Below are positions 1-9,866 of a stretch of DNA of 64,000 nt, in pieces. Origin of the DNA: Candidatus Velthaea sp. (GTDB lineage: Bacteria; Vulcanimicrobiota; Vulcanimicrobiia; Vulcanimicrobiales; Vulcanimicrobiaceae). Below the pieces are notes generated by a model, which saw nothing but the letters and a program-made list of their open reading frames with translations, ran no database searches and had not been told where the DNA came from. Positions within the stretch are counted from its first letter, which is position 1. Every line of letters begins with the position of its first letter. A program made the translations under genes and the position numbers. The stretch lies in contig CBDCCS010000022.1 of the NCBI GenBank assembly GCA_965214935.1, positions 576,001 through 640,000 of the forward strand, given 5' to 3'.

Positions 1-1241
1 CGCTCTTCGATGCGCTTGGCAACATCGATGTCGGTGCTCGTTGCGATCCAGCGCACGGTCTTGCCCCGTCCGTCGCGAACGGCCAATGCATTGAGCAGGA
101 ACCAGCGGCAGCGGCCGCTCGCGTCGCACAAACGGTATTCGCGGCTTAACGGATCGCCGGAGGCGAGCGCAGCACGCCAGCGATCGGCGGTGCCGTCGCG
201 ATCGTCGGGATACACCGCGCGCAGCCAACCCTCATCGTTCGATTGCGCGAGGTCGAGACCGGCGTAAGCGATCCAGCGATCGTTGACATACTCGAGATTG
301 CCGCGCGCGTCGGTCGTCCAGATGAGTTGCGGCAGCGTGTTGGCCAACAGGCGATAACGCTGTTCACCCTCGGCGATAGCGACCGCATCGATCTCCGTTC
401 GTTCCGTCAAACGCGCGTTTCGCGACGCCAAGCGCACGAGCAGATCGTTGATCTTCACGAAGAAGACGTACAACAACAGCGAACCCGCGACGAGATGATC
501 GAATCGGCCGGCATACCAGCCGAGTGAAAAGCGCTCGTCCGCAATACTCGCACTGACGTATTCGGACAGCAAGCAAAGTGCCACGACGAAGAGCCAGACG
601 TGCGCCACCGTGCGGATGCGCGCCGAGGCAATGACGACGAGCACGACCACATACTCGCCGATGAGAAACGGAACGAGGACGTCGGCCATGATCGGGGTGA
701 GACTGCGGCCGACCGACGTCGCCGGAAGGCTGTCACCAAAGCGAATGCATGCCGCAACCGCTGCAAAGATGGCCGCGAACACGAGCACGGCGACGGTGCG
801 CATGTTCGTCCGCGAGATAGCGCGCGGAGAGCGCTCGAACATGGCAAAGGCTACGATCGCGGCGCCGAAACACATTTGGTCGAGAAAGTAGAGCCAGCCC
901 GACGTGTGCGGCCGCGCCCCGAGCAGTCCGTTCGCGGCGAAGACGTTGGGATAAACGAGCATCCAGGCGACGCCGGTGACGGCCGCCACGCCGTAGGCGA
1001 TGGCGAGCATCGCCAACTGCGCGAGACCCGTTATCCGCCATTGGACGAAGAACAGAACGGCGGTAAGAATCTGGGCCAGCGAGATTGCGGAAAAAACCGC
1101 CGGGATGAAACTCGGGATCTCGGGCAGCCGGTGCGCCGACACCGGGACGAGCAACGCGAAGATTAAGAGTACGACCGCACCGAGACCGATCGCCACGTTC
1201 CGCTCGCGCGGCGTAGCGACGGCTGTGGCGATGTTCTCCAT
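1..1241 (-). CDS. MASE4 membrane sensor + PAS/PAC domain signalling protein, runs off the left edge (output domain not in window)
   Basis: Not in the ORF track. Hand translation from ATG 1241: MENIATAVATPRERNVAIGLGAVVLLIFALLVP..., multiple TM helices, RFSLGWYAGR (MASE4-like), then RYRLLANTLPQLIWTTDARGNLEYVNDRW...EYRLCDASGRCRWFL...WIATSTDID (PAS/PAC). Confidence 0.85.
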   Translation of the reverse strand, partial: MENIATAVATPRERNVAIGLGAVVLLIFALLVPVSAHRLPEIPSFIPAVFSAISLAQILTAVLFFVQWRITGLAQLAMLAIAYGVAAVTGVAWMLVYPNVFAANGLLGARPHTSGWLYFLDQMCFGAAIVAFAMFERSPRAISRTNMRTVAVLVFAAIFAAVAACIRFGDSLPATSVGRSLTPIMADVLVPFLIGEYVVVLVVIASARIRTVAHVWLFVVALCLLSEYVSASIADERFSLGWYAGRFDHLVAGSLLLYVFFVKINDLLVRLASRNARLTERTEIDAVAIAEGEQRYRLLANTLPQLIWTTDARGNLEYVNDRWIAYAGLDLAQSNDEGWLRAVYPDDRDGTADRWRAALASGDPLSREYRLCDASGRCRWFLLNALAVRDGRGKTVRWIATSTDIDVAKRIEE

Positions 1242-1305
1242 CCCGCGCGGCACGCGTCCGGCGTTCAGCTTACGGTCGATGAGTGGAAACTCCGTAGGTT
1301 AAGGA

Positions 1306-1950
1306 TTAGTGCGCTTGCGAGCGCCGTGCGGCAAACTGATCGGCGGCCTCGGCAATCGCTTTGAGTCCAATTTCGGTCATTCCGGCAGCGACATTATTAC
1401 CGTGATGCACTTTGCTCGCCGTCGTTACGGTTCGCCAGGCGACCTTACCGCGACAGTCGACGAGGAACAGCTTATATTGCGCCTTGATCGGTAGCCGGTC
1501 GAGTGCGCCGGCCCCGGAGATGATGCCGCCGACGTACGGGACGAAGCCCGTAATAAATTCCGGAACGTTAAACCCGCTCGTGCGGCCGAAGCGCATCGCG
1601 CTGATCAAGATGCCCGCTGCATTATACTGAACGCAAATGGCATGTGCATTCGAGACGGCTTCAACGGCGTCGGTCGGCGTGCCGAGTGCCGAACGAATTC
1701 GCCGCTCGGAAAGGTCTTCCGAAAATTCTTGCGTGGCGTTGGCCAAAATCGGATCGACGTCGCCCGGCTCGCCGAACGGCACAATGACGTAGAGCGGCGA
1801 CGCGAACGACGGTGGCGCCGCCCGCGTCTGGGCCGGCGCGGCCAGCGGCGCGGTAACGAGTCCAAGCAGACCGGCCCAAACGACGGCAAGCATCGTCAGA
1901 ACAACGCGCAGCCGGACCATCAGCGTTCCCGCCGGCCGGCGCTCGCTCAA
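1306..1950 (-). CDS. Hypothetical secreted protein
   Basis: 214-aa ORF with a signal-peptide-like N-terminus (RLRVVLTMLAVVWAGLLGLVTAPLAAPAQ); its TTG start overlaps the larE TGA stop (TTGA). Confidence 0.7.
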   Translation of the reverse strand: MSERRPAGTLMVRLRVVLTMLAVVWAGLLGLVTAPLAAPAQTRAAPPSFASPLYVIVPFGEPGDVDPILANATQEFSEDLSERRIRSALGTPTDAVEAVSNAHAICVQYNAAGILISAMRFGRTSGFNVPEFITGFVPYVGGIISGAGALDRLPIKAQYKLFLVDCRGKVAWRTVTTASKVHHGNNVAAGMTEIGLKAIAEAADQFAARRSQAH

Positions 1951-2771
1951 TGAGCTCCGTTGAGATTCCCCTGAACGTATCCGCCCAAGTCGAGCGCTAC
2001 GAAGCGGTAACCCGCGTTGCGTACACCGGTCACGATCGCCTCGCGTACGACCGGATCGTTGAATGCTGCGATCTCGCCCGGCGGCACTTCGATGCGCGCA
2101 ACTTCGCCGTGATGACGGACGCGGCAGACCCGGATGCCCGCGTCGTGAACGGCTTCTTCCGCCCGGTCGACTTGGCGCAGCAATTCGAGCGTGATCGGCG
2201 TGCCGTACGGAAAACGTGACGATAGACAGGCCAAAGCCGGTTTATCCCACACGTCGAGTCCCAGTTCGCGCGCGAGTTCACGCACGTCGGCCTTGGTGAA
2301 ACCGGCTTCGGCCAGCGGACTGCGCACGCCGTTTTCGCGCGCCGCCTTACGGCCCGGCCGGTAGTCGCCCTCGTCATCGAGATTGAAGCCGTCGACGATT
2401 GCAACGAAGCCGCGCTGATCGGCCATCTCGCGTAACTTCGTATACAGTTCGCTTTTGCAAAAATAACAGCGGTTTACCGGATTGGCCGCATAGCTGGGAT
2501 CGTGCAGCTCGCGGGTTTCGATCACTTCATGTGCGGCTCCGGCCGTCCCCGCAAACGCGATCGCCCCGCTGAATTCACGCTCCGCAAGACTTTCCGAACG
2601 GCCGGTGACGCCCAGCGCGCGGGCCCCGAGCTCGGTGGTCGCGACGTGCAGCACGAGCGCGCTGTCGACGCCGCCCGAAAAGGCGACGATGCAGCTGCCG
2701 ATGTCGCGCAAGACAGCGCGTAAGTTCAGTTCCTTGGTTTTGAGGTCAACTAACGGCGTTGTGAGCATCAC
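1947..2771 (-). CDS. larE: ATP-dependent sulfur transferase LarE (NPN cofactor synthesis)
   Basis: PP-loop AFSGGVDS, RCYFCK, DYRPG, WDKPALACLSSRFPYG, RVRHHG; adjacent to larC and larB. Confidence 0.93.
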   Translation of the reverse strand: MMLTTPLVDLKTKELNLRAVLRDIGSCIVAFSGGVDSALVLHVATTELGARALGVTGRSESLAEREFSGAIAFAGTAGAAHEVIETRELHDPSYAANPVNRCYFCKSELYTKLREMADQRGFVAIVDGFNLDDEGDYRPGRKAARENGVRSPLAEAGFTKADVRELARELGLDVWDKPALACLSSRFPYGTPITLELLRQVDRAEEAVHDAGIRVCRVRHHGEVARIEVPPGEIAAFNDPVVREAIVTGVRNAGYRFVALDLGGYVQGNLNGAH

Positions 2772-3984
2772 GTTCTTCTACAGACTCCACGACTGAGGCA
2801 AGTGCATTGACGACGGCAGTAAAGGACAAGTTGCGCTCGCGCGCGATGCGGGCCACATCGTCGTATTCCAGCGTCGCGCGACGGCGGTTGCCGGCGCGTG
2901 CGACCTTAAGCCGGATCTCGCCGAAGACGGTCAGACGCCGCACGATTTCACGAGCGAGCATGAGGCGCGATTCGCGCCGCGTCCGGACGCCCAAACTCGA
3001 TGTCTCGAGCAGCATCGCGCGCGCGCACGCGTTTGCCGCTTCGGGCTTGGCGAGCGCCGACAGCAAAATCGCCGGGCGCTGCTTCTTCATTCCGATCGGT
3101 GCCACCCAGACATCGAGCGCGCCGGCGGCGAAAATCCGCTCGATCGCAAGCTCGAAGGCTTGCGGATTGAGGTCGTCGACGTTGGTCTCGAGGATCACGA
3201 CGTCGTCGGTTTCAAGGTCGCTCACCGCTGCCGGATCGCTTGGAGCAACCGCATCGCCGACGATGACGCGCGTGACGTTGGGAATACTGAAATTGCTGCG
3301 CCCTGCGCCGTAACCGATGCGGTCGAAGCGCATCGCCGGCCGGATCCCCGGATCGCGAACGAGCGTCGACAGAATTGCCGCGGCGGTGGTGGTTACGAGT
3401 TCGCCGTCGACATCGGTTGAGATCGTCGGCGCACCGCGCAACAACTCGGCGGTGGCGGGCGGCGGATTCGGGTAACGGCCATGCTGCATTGCGATCGAGC
3501 CGCGGCCCAGCGGATAGGCCGAGCATGTGAGCCGTTCGATGTCGAGCAATTCCAGCGCGACGCAAACGCCGGCGACGTCGAGTACGGCATCGATTTGCCC
3601 GACCTCATGAAAGTGGATACCGTCGACGGTCGTGCCGTGCACTTTGGCTTCGGCCGCACCTAAACGGCGATAAATTGCACTCGCACGTTCGCGCACGCGA
3701 TCGCTCAAACGCGAGCGCTCGATGAGATCGAGGATGTCGCTCAGATGATACCCGTGCGCCGTCAGCGGGCCGGGCCGGCCATCCTCGCCGGATATTGCAA
3801 AGTCGACATATTCTGCAGCGATGCCGAGTTTATCGGTGCGCCGGCGCTCGAGCGTCCAATCGGTAACCGGTATCGTTCTCAGCGCGCGTTCAACGGCGTC
3901 TGAATCGGCGCCGGCATCGATGAGCGCCCCGAGCAGCATATTGCCGCTCGCGCCGCCGATCATCTCGACGTACGCTACGCGCAA
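2746..3984 (-). CDS. larC: Nickel insertase/cyclometallase LarC
   Basis: AEAKVHG, HFHEVG, GELVTTT, GYGAG, ETNVDD, GALDV, MKKQRP, ETSSLGVR, LEYDD; single uninterrupted ORF. Confidence 0.92.
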   Translation of the reverse strand: MRVAYVEMIGGASGNMLLGALIDAGADSDAVERALRTIPVTDWTLERRRTDKLGIAAEYVDFAISGEDGRPGPLTAHGYHLSDILDLIERSRLSDRVRERASAIYRRLGAAEAKVHGTTVDGIHFHEVGQIDAVLDVAGVCVALELLDIERLTCSAYPLGRGSIAMQHGRYPNPPPATAELLRGAPTISTDVDGELVTTTAAAILSTLVRDPGIRPAMRFDRIGYGAGRSNFSIPNVTRVIVGDAVAPSDPAAVSDLETDDVVILETNVDDLNPQAFELAIERIFAAGALDVWVAPIGMKKQRPAILLSALAKPEAANACARAMLLETSSLGVRTRRESRLMLAREIVRRLTVFGEIRLKVARAGNRRRATLEYDDVARIARERNLSFTAVVNALASVVESVEERDAHNAVS

Positions 3985-4658
3985 CGCGTACCGATGCCGA
4001 GCATTTTATGAGCGAGCGCTGCGGCGCCGAATCCATTGTCGATATTGACCACGGCAATGCCCGGCGCACACGACGCGAGCATGGAAAGCAACGCTGCGTA
4101 ACCACCGGCGGAGACCCCATAGCCGACGCTGGTCGGAACGGCAATGACCGGCGCGGTGACCAGGCCGGCAACGACGCTGGGCAGTGCGCCTTCCATGCCG
4201 GCGGCGACGATCACGACTTCGCACGCCGCGACGTCGCTGAAATCGGCCAATAACCGATGGATGCCCGCGACGCCGACGTCGCTGCGGACGACCACGTCGT
4301 GGCCGAACGCCTCGAGCGTGAAGCGGGCTTCGCCGGCGATCGGCAGATCGGAGGTACCCGCACAAACGACGGCAACGCGCCGGCCGCTGCGCGCCAAGCG
4401 TCCGCAACGCAGCGCGCGTGCCTCTTCGTCGAAGACAGCCTCGGGCAGCCGTGCGGCAAGCACGGCACCGTCATGCGCGCTCGGGACGCGAGTCGCAAGC
4501 GCGAAGCCTTCGCGCGCATACAACTCACGCATCACGGCTTCGGTTTGCGGCAGCGTTTTCGATGCGGCGAAGACAACCTCGGGGACGCCTGTCCGTTCGG
4601 TGCGCGATATATCGACCCGGGCCAACCCCAGATCGGAAAAGCCGATTCCCCCGTGCAT
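3975..4658 (-). CDS. larB: NPN cofactor carboxylase/hydrolase LarB
   Basis: RTGVPEVVF, AGTSDLPIA, DVGVAGIHRL, AGMEGALPSVVAGL, VPTSVGYG, VVNIDNGFGAA. ATG 4658 is preferred over GTG 4685 because the -10 hexamer TAGAAT (4692-4687) lies only 1 nt before the GTG. Confidence 0.93.
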   Translation of the reverse strand: MHGGIGFSDLGLARVDISRTERTGVPEVVFAASKTLPQTEAVMRELYAREGFALATRVPSAHDGAVLAARLPEAVFDEEARALRCGRLARSGRRVAVVCAGTSDLPIAGEARFTLEAFGHDVVVRSDVGVAGIHRLLADFSDVAACEVVIVAAGMEGALPSVVAGLVTAPVIAVPTSVGYGVSAGGYAALLSMLASCAPGIAVVNIDNGFGAAALAHKMLGIGTRCA

Positions 4659-4753
4659 AGACGTTAAGGTTTCCCGGGTAACCACAATTCTACCCGGGCA
4701 AGCGCTGGGCGCCCGGACGGGAACATCGGCGGCACGGCGTTAAGCTGTCGAGC

Positions 4754-6100
4754 ATGGCGATCGAAATGCGCGACCTTAAGACGACGCATAAGCAACACGT
4801 TCTGACTCCGTGGTCGGCCCAAGCCGCGATCGATCCGCCGCTGATCGTTCGGGCGTCGGGAGTCGCCATGTTCGATGCCGACGGCAAACGCTACATCGAT
4901 GCCTCCTCCGGCTTGATCGCCGTCAATCTCGGCCACGGTCACCCGCACGTCGTCGCTGCGATGAAAGACCAGCTCGACCGCGTGTGCTACGTACCGCCGG
5001 GGCTCTTTAACGATCGGCGCGCGGAGCTGGCGGAAGCATTGGCGGATCTCGCTCCGTGGGACGAGGGTGCGCGCGTGTACTTCACGACCTGCGGCACGAC
5101 CGCGAACGAAGACGCGGTGAAATTAGCGCGCACGGTCAGCGGTCGCGCCAAGGTCATGACGGCATACCGCTCGTTTCACGGCTCGTCGATCGGATCGACG
5201 GCCTTGAGCGGCGAGAACCGGCGCTGGCCCAACGAAGCGTCGGCGATGAGCGGTGTCGTCCGCTTTTTCGCGCCGTATCCCTATCGCAGCCCGTTTTATA
5301 CGCAAGACGCACATGACGAGTGCCGGCGTGCGCTCGACCACGTGCGCGCGGTGATGCTGGCCGAAGATCCCGAGCGCATTGCCGCGCTGTTGATCGAGCC
5401 CGTCGTCGGGTCGAATGGCGTTATCGTCTACCCGGACGGCTATCTTGCCGGACTGCGGAGCCTCTGCGACGAGTTTGGTATTCTGCTTGCGTTCGACGAG
5501 GTGATGACGGGCTTCGGCCGGGTGGGCGCGGCGTTCGGCGGCGCGCGCTTCGGCGTTGCACCCGATTTGATGACGTTTGCCAAAGGCGTGACTTCGGCGT
5601 ACATCCCACTCGGCGGCGTAATCGTGCGCGAGAAATTAGCCGCGCACTTCGACGATAAAGCGATGTGGATGGGCCACACGTACTCCGGTCATCCGCTGGC
5701 CATGGCCGCCGGGATCGCGGCCATCGAAGCCTATCGCTCGGGAGATCTCTTTGCGCGCGGTGCGGCGATGGAGCAGCATCTGCGTACGCGCTTATCGGCG
5801 TTGCAGGCGAAGCACGATATCGTTGGCGACGTGCGCGGCGCCGGTGCCTTTTTCGCGCTTGAATTCGTGAGCGATCGCGTGGCGCGGACGCCGCTCGTCG
5901 CGTGGCAAGGCAAAGGGATGGGCGTCATGCCGGCGCTGTTCGGCTCGCTCCGCAAACGCGGCATCTATGCCTTCGGGCGTTACAACCTCGTACACATTGC
6001 GCCGCCGCTCATCGCGACCGATGCCGACCTCGACGAGATTGCCGACGCATTGGACGGTGCAATCGGCGATTTAGCCGATGCGTGGCACAAAGCGGCGTAA
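4754..6100 (+). CDS. Class III PLP-dependent aminotransferase (omega-amino acid type; substrate unknown)
   Basis: NLGHGHP, SFHG, FDEVMTGFGRVG, PDLMTFAKG (PLP Lys), GHTYSGHP. Confidence 0.92.
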   Translation: MAIEMRDLKTTHKQHVLTPWSAQAAIDPPLIVRASGVAMFDADGKRYIDASSGLIAVNLGHGHPHVVAAMKDQLDRVCYVPPGLFNDRRAELAEALADLAPWDEGARVYFTTCGTTANEDAVKLARTVSGRAKVMTAYRSFHGSSIGSTALSGENRRWPNEASAMSGVVRFFAPYPYRSPFYTQDAHDECRRALDHVRAVMLAEDPERIAALLIEPVVGSNGVIVYPDGYLAGLRSLCDEFGILLAFDEVMTGFGRVGAAFGGARFGVAPDLMTFAKGVTSAYIPLGGVIVREKLAAHFDDKAMWMGHTYSGHPLAMAAGIAAIEAYRSGDLFARGAAMEQHLRTRLSALQAKHDIVGDVRGAGAFFALEFVSDRVARTPLVAWQGKGMGVMPALFGSLRKRGIYAFGRYNLVHIAPPLIATDADLDEIADALDGAIGDLADAWHKAA

Positions 6101-6225
6101 CAGCAGCCGCAGGTTTCTTTCAAACGGCGACCATACTCCCGGGATTTTGTTCGCGCGATGCAAATGTAAGCTGACCGCCCTTGTATTCTGAGGCCAAGCT
6201 TAGCTATGGCTCGGGAGTTTGTTGC

Positions 6226-7203
6226 ATGGCTTTTCGGATTAAACTGCGCCGCGCGGCATGCGTCAGCGCATTGTCGGTGACGCTCGTCGGCGCCGCGCTC
6301 GCCCCCGCGTCCGCCCCGGCGCAAAACAAACAGTTGACCATTCTCGCCTCGGTGCCGGGCCTGAAGTTTCCATTCTTCGTGCACATGATGCGCGAAATTG
6401 AAGCGGAAGGCAAAACCCTCGGCGTCAACGTCGTTGAGAGCGACGGGCAAGTAAGTTCGACAAAGCAAACCGCCGACGTTGAAGCAGCGATTACCCGCAA
6501 GGTCAACGGCATCGTTATCAGTCCGAATGAAGTCGATGCGATGGCCCCGGCGCTGCAAGAGACCGTCGATGCGAAGATTCCGACAATGACCATCGACCGC
6601 CGTGTCGACAAGGTTTCCGGGCTTCTAGGTCACGTCGGCGCCGACAATTCGAAAGGCGGTGAAGCACAGGCGAACCTGATCATGAAGCTGTTTCCGAACG
6701 GCGCGAAGATCATGAACTTGCAAGGCCAGCCGGGCGCCGGCCCGGCGATCGATCGCAATAAGGGTCTGCACACGATTCTCGATGCGCACAAAGACAAGTA
6801 TCCGATCGTCTTCGAGCAGACGGCGGAATTCGATCGCGTAAAGGGTCTGTCGGTTACCGAAGCCGCGCTCGCGCAGATGAAATCGCCACCGGACGTCATT
6901 GTTGCGGCAAACGACGACATGGTTTTGGGCGCGATGGAAGCCGTCAAAGCACGCAACCTCAACGGTAAAGTTGCACTGATCGGCTTCGACGCACTGCCTG
7001 AAGCCTTAGCGCGCGTTCGCGACGGCAGCATGAGCGCCACGATCGAACAATTTCCGGGGCTGCAAAGCCGCAAAGCTCTCGATAAGCTCGTGGGCTACCT
7101 GCGGACCGGCAAGGCTCCCGATCCCAAGCTTGAACTTCTTACGCCGATCGCAATTACGAAAGAAAACCTTAATAAGTCCGAACGCCTAAACGAAATAAAA
7201 TAG
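6226..7203 (+). CDS. Sugar/polyol ABC transporter substrate-binding protein (RbsB family)
   Basis: Signal peptide; PFF, IDR, VGADN, NDDM, IGFD motifs; GGAG upstream of ATG 6226. Confidence 0.92.
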   Translation: MAFRIKLRRAACVSALSVTLVGAALAPASAPAQNKQLTILASVPGLKFPFFVHMMREIEAEGKTLGVNVVESDGQVSSTKQTADVEAAITRKVNGIVISPNEVDAMAPALQETVDAKIPTMTIDRRVDKVSGLLGHVGADNSKGGEAQANLIMKLFPNGAKIMNLQGQPGAGPAIDRNKGLHTILDAHKDKYPIVFEQTAEFDRVKGLSVTEAALAQMKSPPDVIVAANDDMVLGAMEAVKARNLNGKVALIGFDALPEALARVRDGSMSATIEQFPGLQSRKALDKLVGYLRTGKAPDPKLELLTPIAITKENLNKSERLNEIK

Positions 7204-7225
7204 TTCGTCGCAGTTGGAATTACCA

Positions 7226-8827
7226 ATGCGCGCGGCGCTGCTGCGCATGGAACACATTACGAAACGCTTTCCCGGCGTGCTGGCGCTCGACGATGTGTCG
7301 TTGGACATCGCGCCGGGCGAGGCGCACGGCTTACTGGGCGAAAACGGTGCCGGCAAATCGACGCTGCTCAAAATACTGTCGGGCGCATATGCGCCCGACG
7401 CCGGTACGATCGAATACGCCGGAGAAACGATTGCGATCGATACACCGAAAGCCGCGCAGCAGCTGGGTATCGTTACGATCTACCAAGAGTTCAATTTAAT
7501 TCCGACGATGTCGGTCGCCGAGAATATGTTTCTCTGCCGCGAACCCGGGCGCGGACCGTTCGTCTCTTGGCAGCGGATGGCGCAGGCAACGGCCGAGCAA
7601 CTCGGTCAGCTCGGATTGAACATCGATCCGCTCGCGCTCGTCAGCGACCTCTCCGTCGGCGAGCAGCAGATGGTCGAGATCGCACGTGCGCTCTCGATGC
7701 AATCGCGGCTCATTGTAATGGACGAGCCGACGGCCGCGTTAAGCGAAGCCGAAGTCGACCGGCTCTTTCGCATCGTCGCCGAGCTCAAAGCACAATCGAT
7801 CAGCATCATCTTCGTGACGCACCGCCTCAACGAAGTCATGCGCGTCTGCGATCGCGTCACGGTTTTACGCGATGGGCGACGCGTCGGTAGCGGCAAGGTC
7901 GGCTCGCAACCTGCAACTGCCGCCGTCCAAGCGCCGTCCGCGGTAGCCGGCGAGCCGGCCGAACCGCTTCTGGGCATCGCCGATTTCGTGAAAATGATGG
8001 TCGGCCGTTCGCAAGATCAGCTTTTCCGCCGGCTCGGCGATTCGCGAACGCCGGGCGACGTGATGCTGCGCGTCGAGAGCCTGTCGCGCGGACGCGACCC
8101 CGTCAATCCGCATGCAACCGTCTTGTCCGATATTTCATTCGAGGTGCGGGCAGGTGAGATTCTCGGTATCGCCGGCCTCATGGGCGCAGGGCGCACCGAA
8201 GTTGCACGCAGCATCTTCGGTGCCGATCCGCGCGATCGCGGTAGCATTGCAATCGACGGCAAGACGGTTGCGATTCATTCGCCGATCGACGCCATTCGGC
8301 ACGGGATCGGCCTCGTGCCCGAGGATCGCAAGCAGCAAGCCTTATTTCTCGAGCTCGCCGTCCGGCACAACCTCGCGATCTCAAGCTTAGGCCGGCTCAG
8401 TCGCGCGAAGTGGTTCGTGAGCGATAAAGCGGAAGACGCGCTCGTGGAACGCTTTCGTAAGGCGCTCGATATACGCATGTCCTCGGCGGACATGAAAATC
8501 TCCGACTTGTCGGGCGGTAATCAGCAGAAGGTCGTACTTGCGCGCTGGCTTGCCTTAGCGCCAAAGGTGCTGATCGTCGATGAACCGACGCGCGGCATCG
8601 ACATTGCCGCCAAAGCCGAAGTGCACGCGCAACTCGACGCAATGGCTCAAGCGGGAATCGCGATCGTCGCAATATCATCGGAACTGCCGGAAGTTCTCGC
8701 GCTGAGCGATCGCATCGTTACGATGCGCGAAGGTCGCATCACCGGCCATATTTCACGCGACGACGCGTCGGAGGAAAGCTTGATGCATCTTATGGCCGTC
8801 GACACTGCTGCGCACGCGATGGCCTAG
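7226..8827 (+). CDS. Sugar ABC transporter ATP-binding protein (two NBDs)
   Basis: GENGAGKST, MDEPT, PEDRK, LSGGNQQKV, VDEPTRGID. Confidence 0.95.
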   Translation: MRAALLRMEHITKRFPGVLALDDVSLDIAPGEAHGLLGENGAGKSTLLKILSGAYAPDAGTIEYAGETIAIDTPKAAQQLGIVTIYQEFNLIPTMSVAENMFLCREPGRGPFVSWQRMAQATAEQLGQLGLNIDPLALVSDLSVGEQQMVEIARALSMQSRLIVMDEPTAALSEAEVDRLFRIVAELKAQSISIIFVTHRLNEVMRVCDRVTVLRDGRRVGSGKVGSQPATAAVQAPSAVAGEPAEPLLGIADFVKMMVGRSQDQLFRRLGDSRTPGDVMLRVESLSRGRDPVNPHATVLSDISFEVRAGEILGIAGLMGAGRTEVARSIFGADPRDRGSIAIDGKTVAIHSPIDAIRHGIGLVPEDRKQQALFLELAVRHNLAISSLGRLSRAKWFVSDKAEDALVERFRKALDIRMSSADMKISDLSGGNQQKVVLARWLALAPKVLIVDEPTRGIDIAAKAEVHAQLDAMAQAGIAIVAISSELPEVLALSDRIVTMREGRITGHISRDDASEESLMHLMAVDTAAHAMA

Positions 8828-8831
8828 CGGC

Positions 8832-9866
8832 GTGGCACACGCGCAGAAGTCGCTTCGTGCACCGGTCGCCGGAAAAAGCGGCGCGAGCGCGATATTGCCG
8901 CTGCTCAGTCGCTACGCTCCGGCGGTTTGCCTCGTCGTTCTCATGGTCGTGTTTGCAGTGCTGCAACCGCAGTTTTTGTCGGCGCGCAATCTTTTTAACG
9001 TCATGCGCCAGATCTCGATTGAAGGACTCATCGCAATCGGGATGACGTTCGTCATTCTTACCGCCGGCATCGATCTTTCCGTCGGCTCGCTTGTGGCGTG
9101 TGCCGGGCTCGTTGCCGCGATGATCGCCAAAGGCAGTACTGCAAGTTCGTTTTCGCTGTCCACCTCGGCGCAACAAGGTTACGGCTGGTTTGCAGCGATG
9201 GCCGGAGCAATGCTCGTCGGCGTTTTAGGCGGAACCATCCAAGGTGCCGCTATTACTAAGATGAAGGTGCCGCCCTTTGTCGTGACGCTCGGCGGCCTTT
9301 CGGTGTTCCGCGGACTTGCGCTCATGATCTCGTCGTCCGGACCGATTAGCGGCTTTGATGAAAGCTATCGCTGGTGGGGTCAGGGCAGTATCGGCCCCGT
9401 TCCCGTGCCGGCAGTGTTGTTCATCGGCTTTGCCGCCCTTGCATTCGTCGTGTTGCGCTACACGCGATACGGGCGTCAAGTTTACGCCGTGGGCGGCAAC
9501 CGCGAAGCCGCGCGTCTGTCGGGCGTAAACGTTCAACGCGTCTTATTTTCGGTGTACGCCATCATCGGTTTTCTATCGGGTCTTGCCGGCTTCGTCTTGT
9601 CGGCTCGGCTAAATTCGTCCGAGGCCGTAGCCGGATATGGTTACGAGCTAACGGTGATTGCATCGGTCGTCATCGGCGGGACGAGTCTGTTCGGCGGGGT
9701 CGGCAGCATCTTCGGAACGGTGATCGGTTCGGTGCTCATCGGCGTGCTCATCAACGGTCTCGTTCTAATGGACGTGAACCCGTACGTCCAGCAGATCACG
9801 ATCGGCCTGATACTCGTTCTCGTCGTTGCCTTCGATCAATTCGCGAAATCGCGCCGTTTGAAGTAG
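8832..9866 (+). CDS. Sugar ABC transporter permease (RbsC family)
   Basis: GIDLSVGS, PPFVVTLG, YAVGGNREAARLSG, YELTVIASVVIGG. Confidence 0.95.
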   Translation: MAHAQKSLRAPVAGKSGASAILPLLSRYAPAVCLVVLMVVFAVLQPQFLSARNLFNVMRQISIEGLIAIGMTFVILTAGIDLSVGSLVACAGLVAAMIAKGSTASSFSLSTSAQQGYGWFAAMAGAMLVGVLGGTIQGAAITKMKVPPFVVTLGGLSVFRGLALMISSSGPISGFDESYRWWGQGSIGPVPVPAVLFIGFAALAFVVLRYTRYGRQVYAVGGNREAARLSGVNVQRVLFSVYAIIGFLSGLAGFVLSARLNSSEAVAGYGYELTVIASVVIGGTSLFGGVGSIFGTVIGSVLIGVLINGLVLMDVNPYVQQITIGLILVLVVAFDQFAKSRRLK

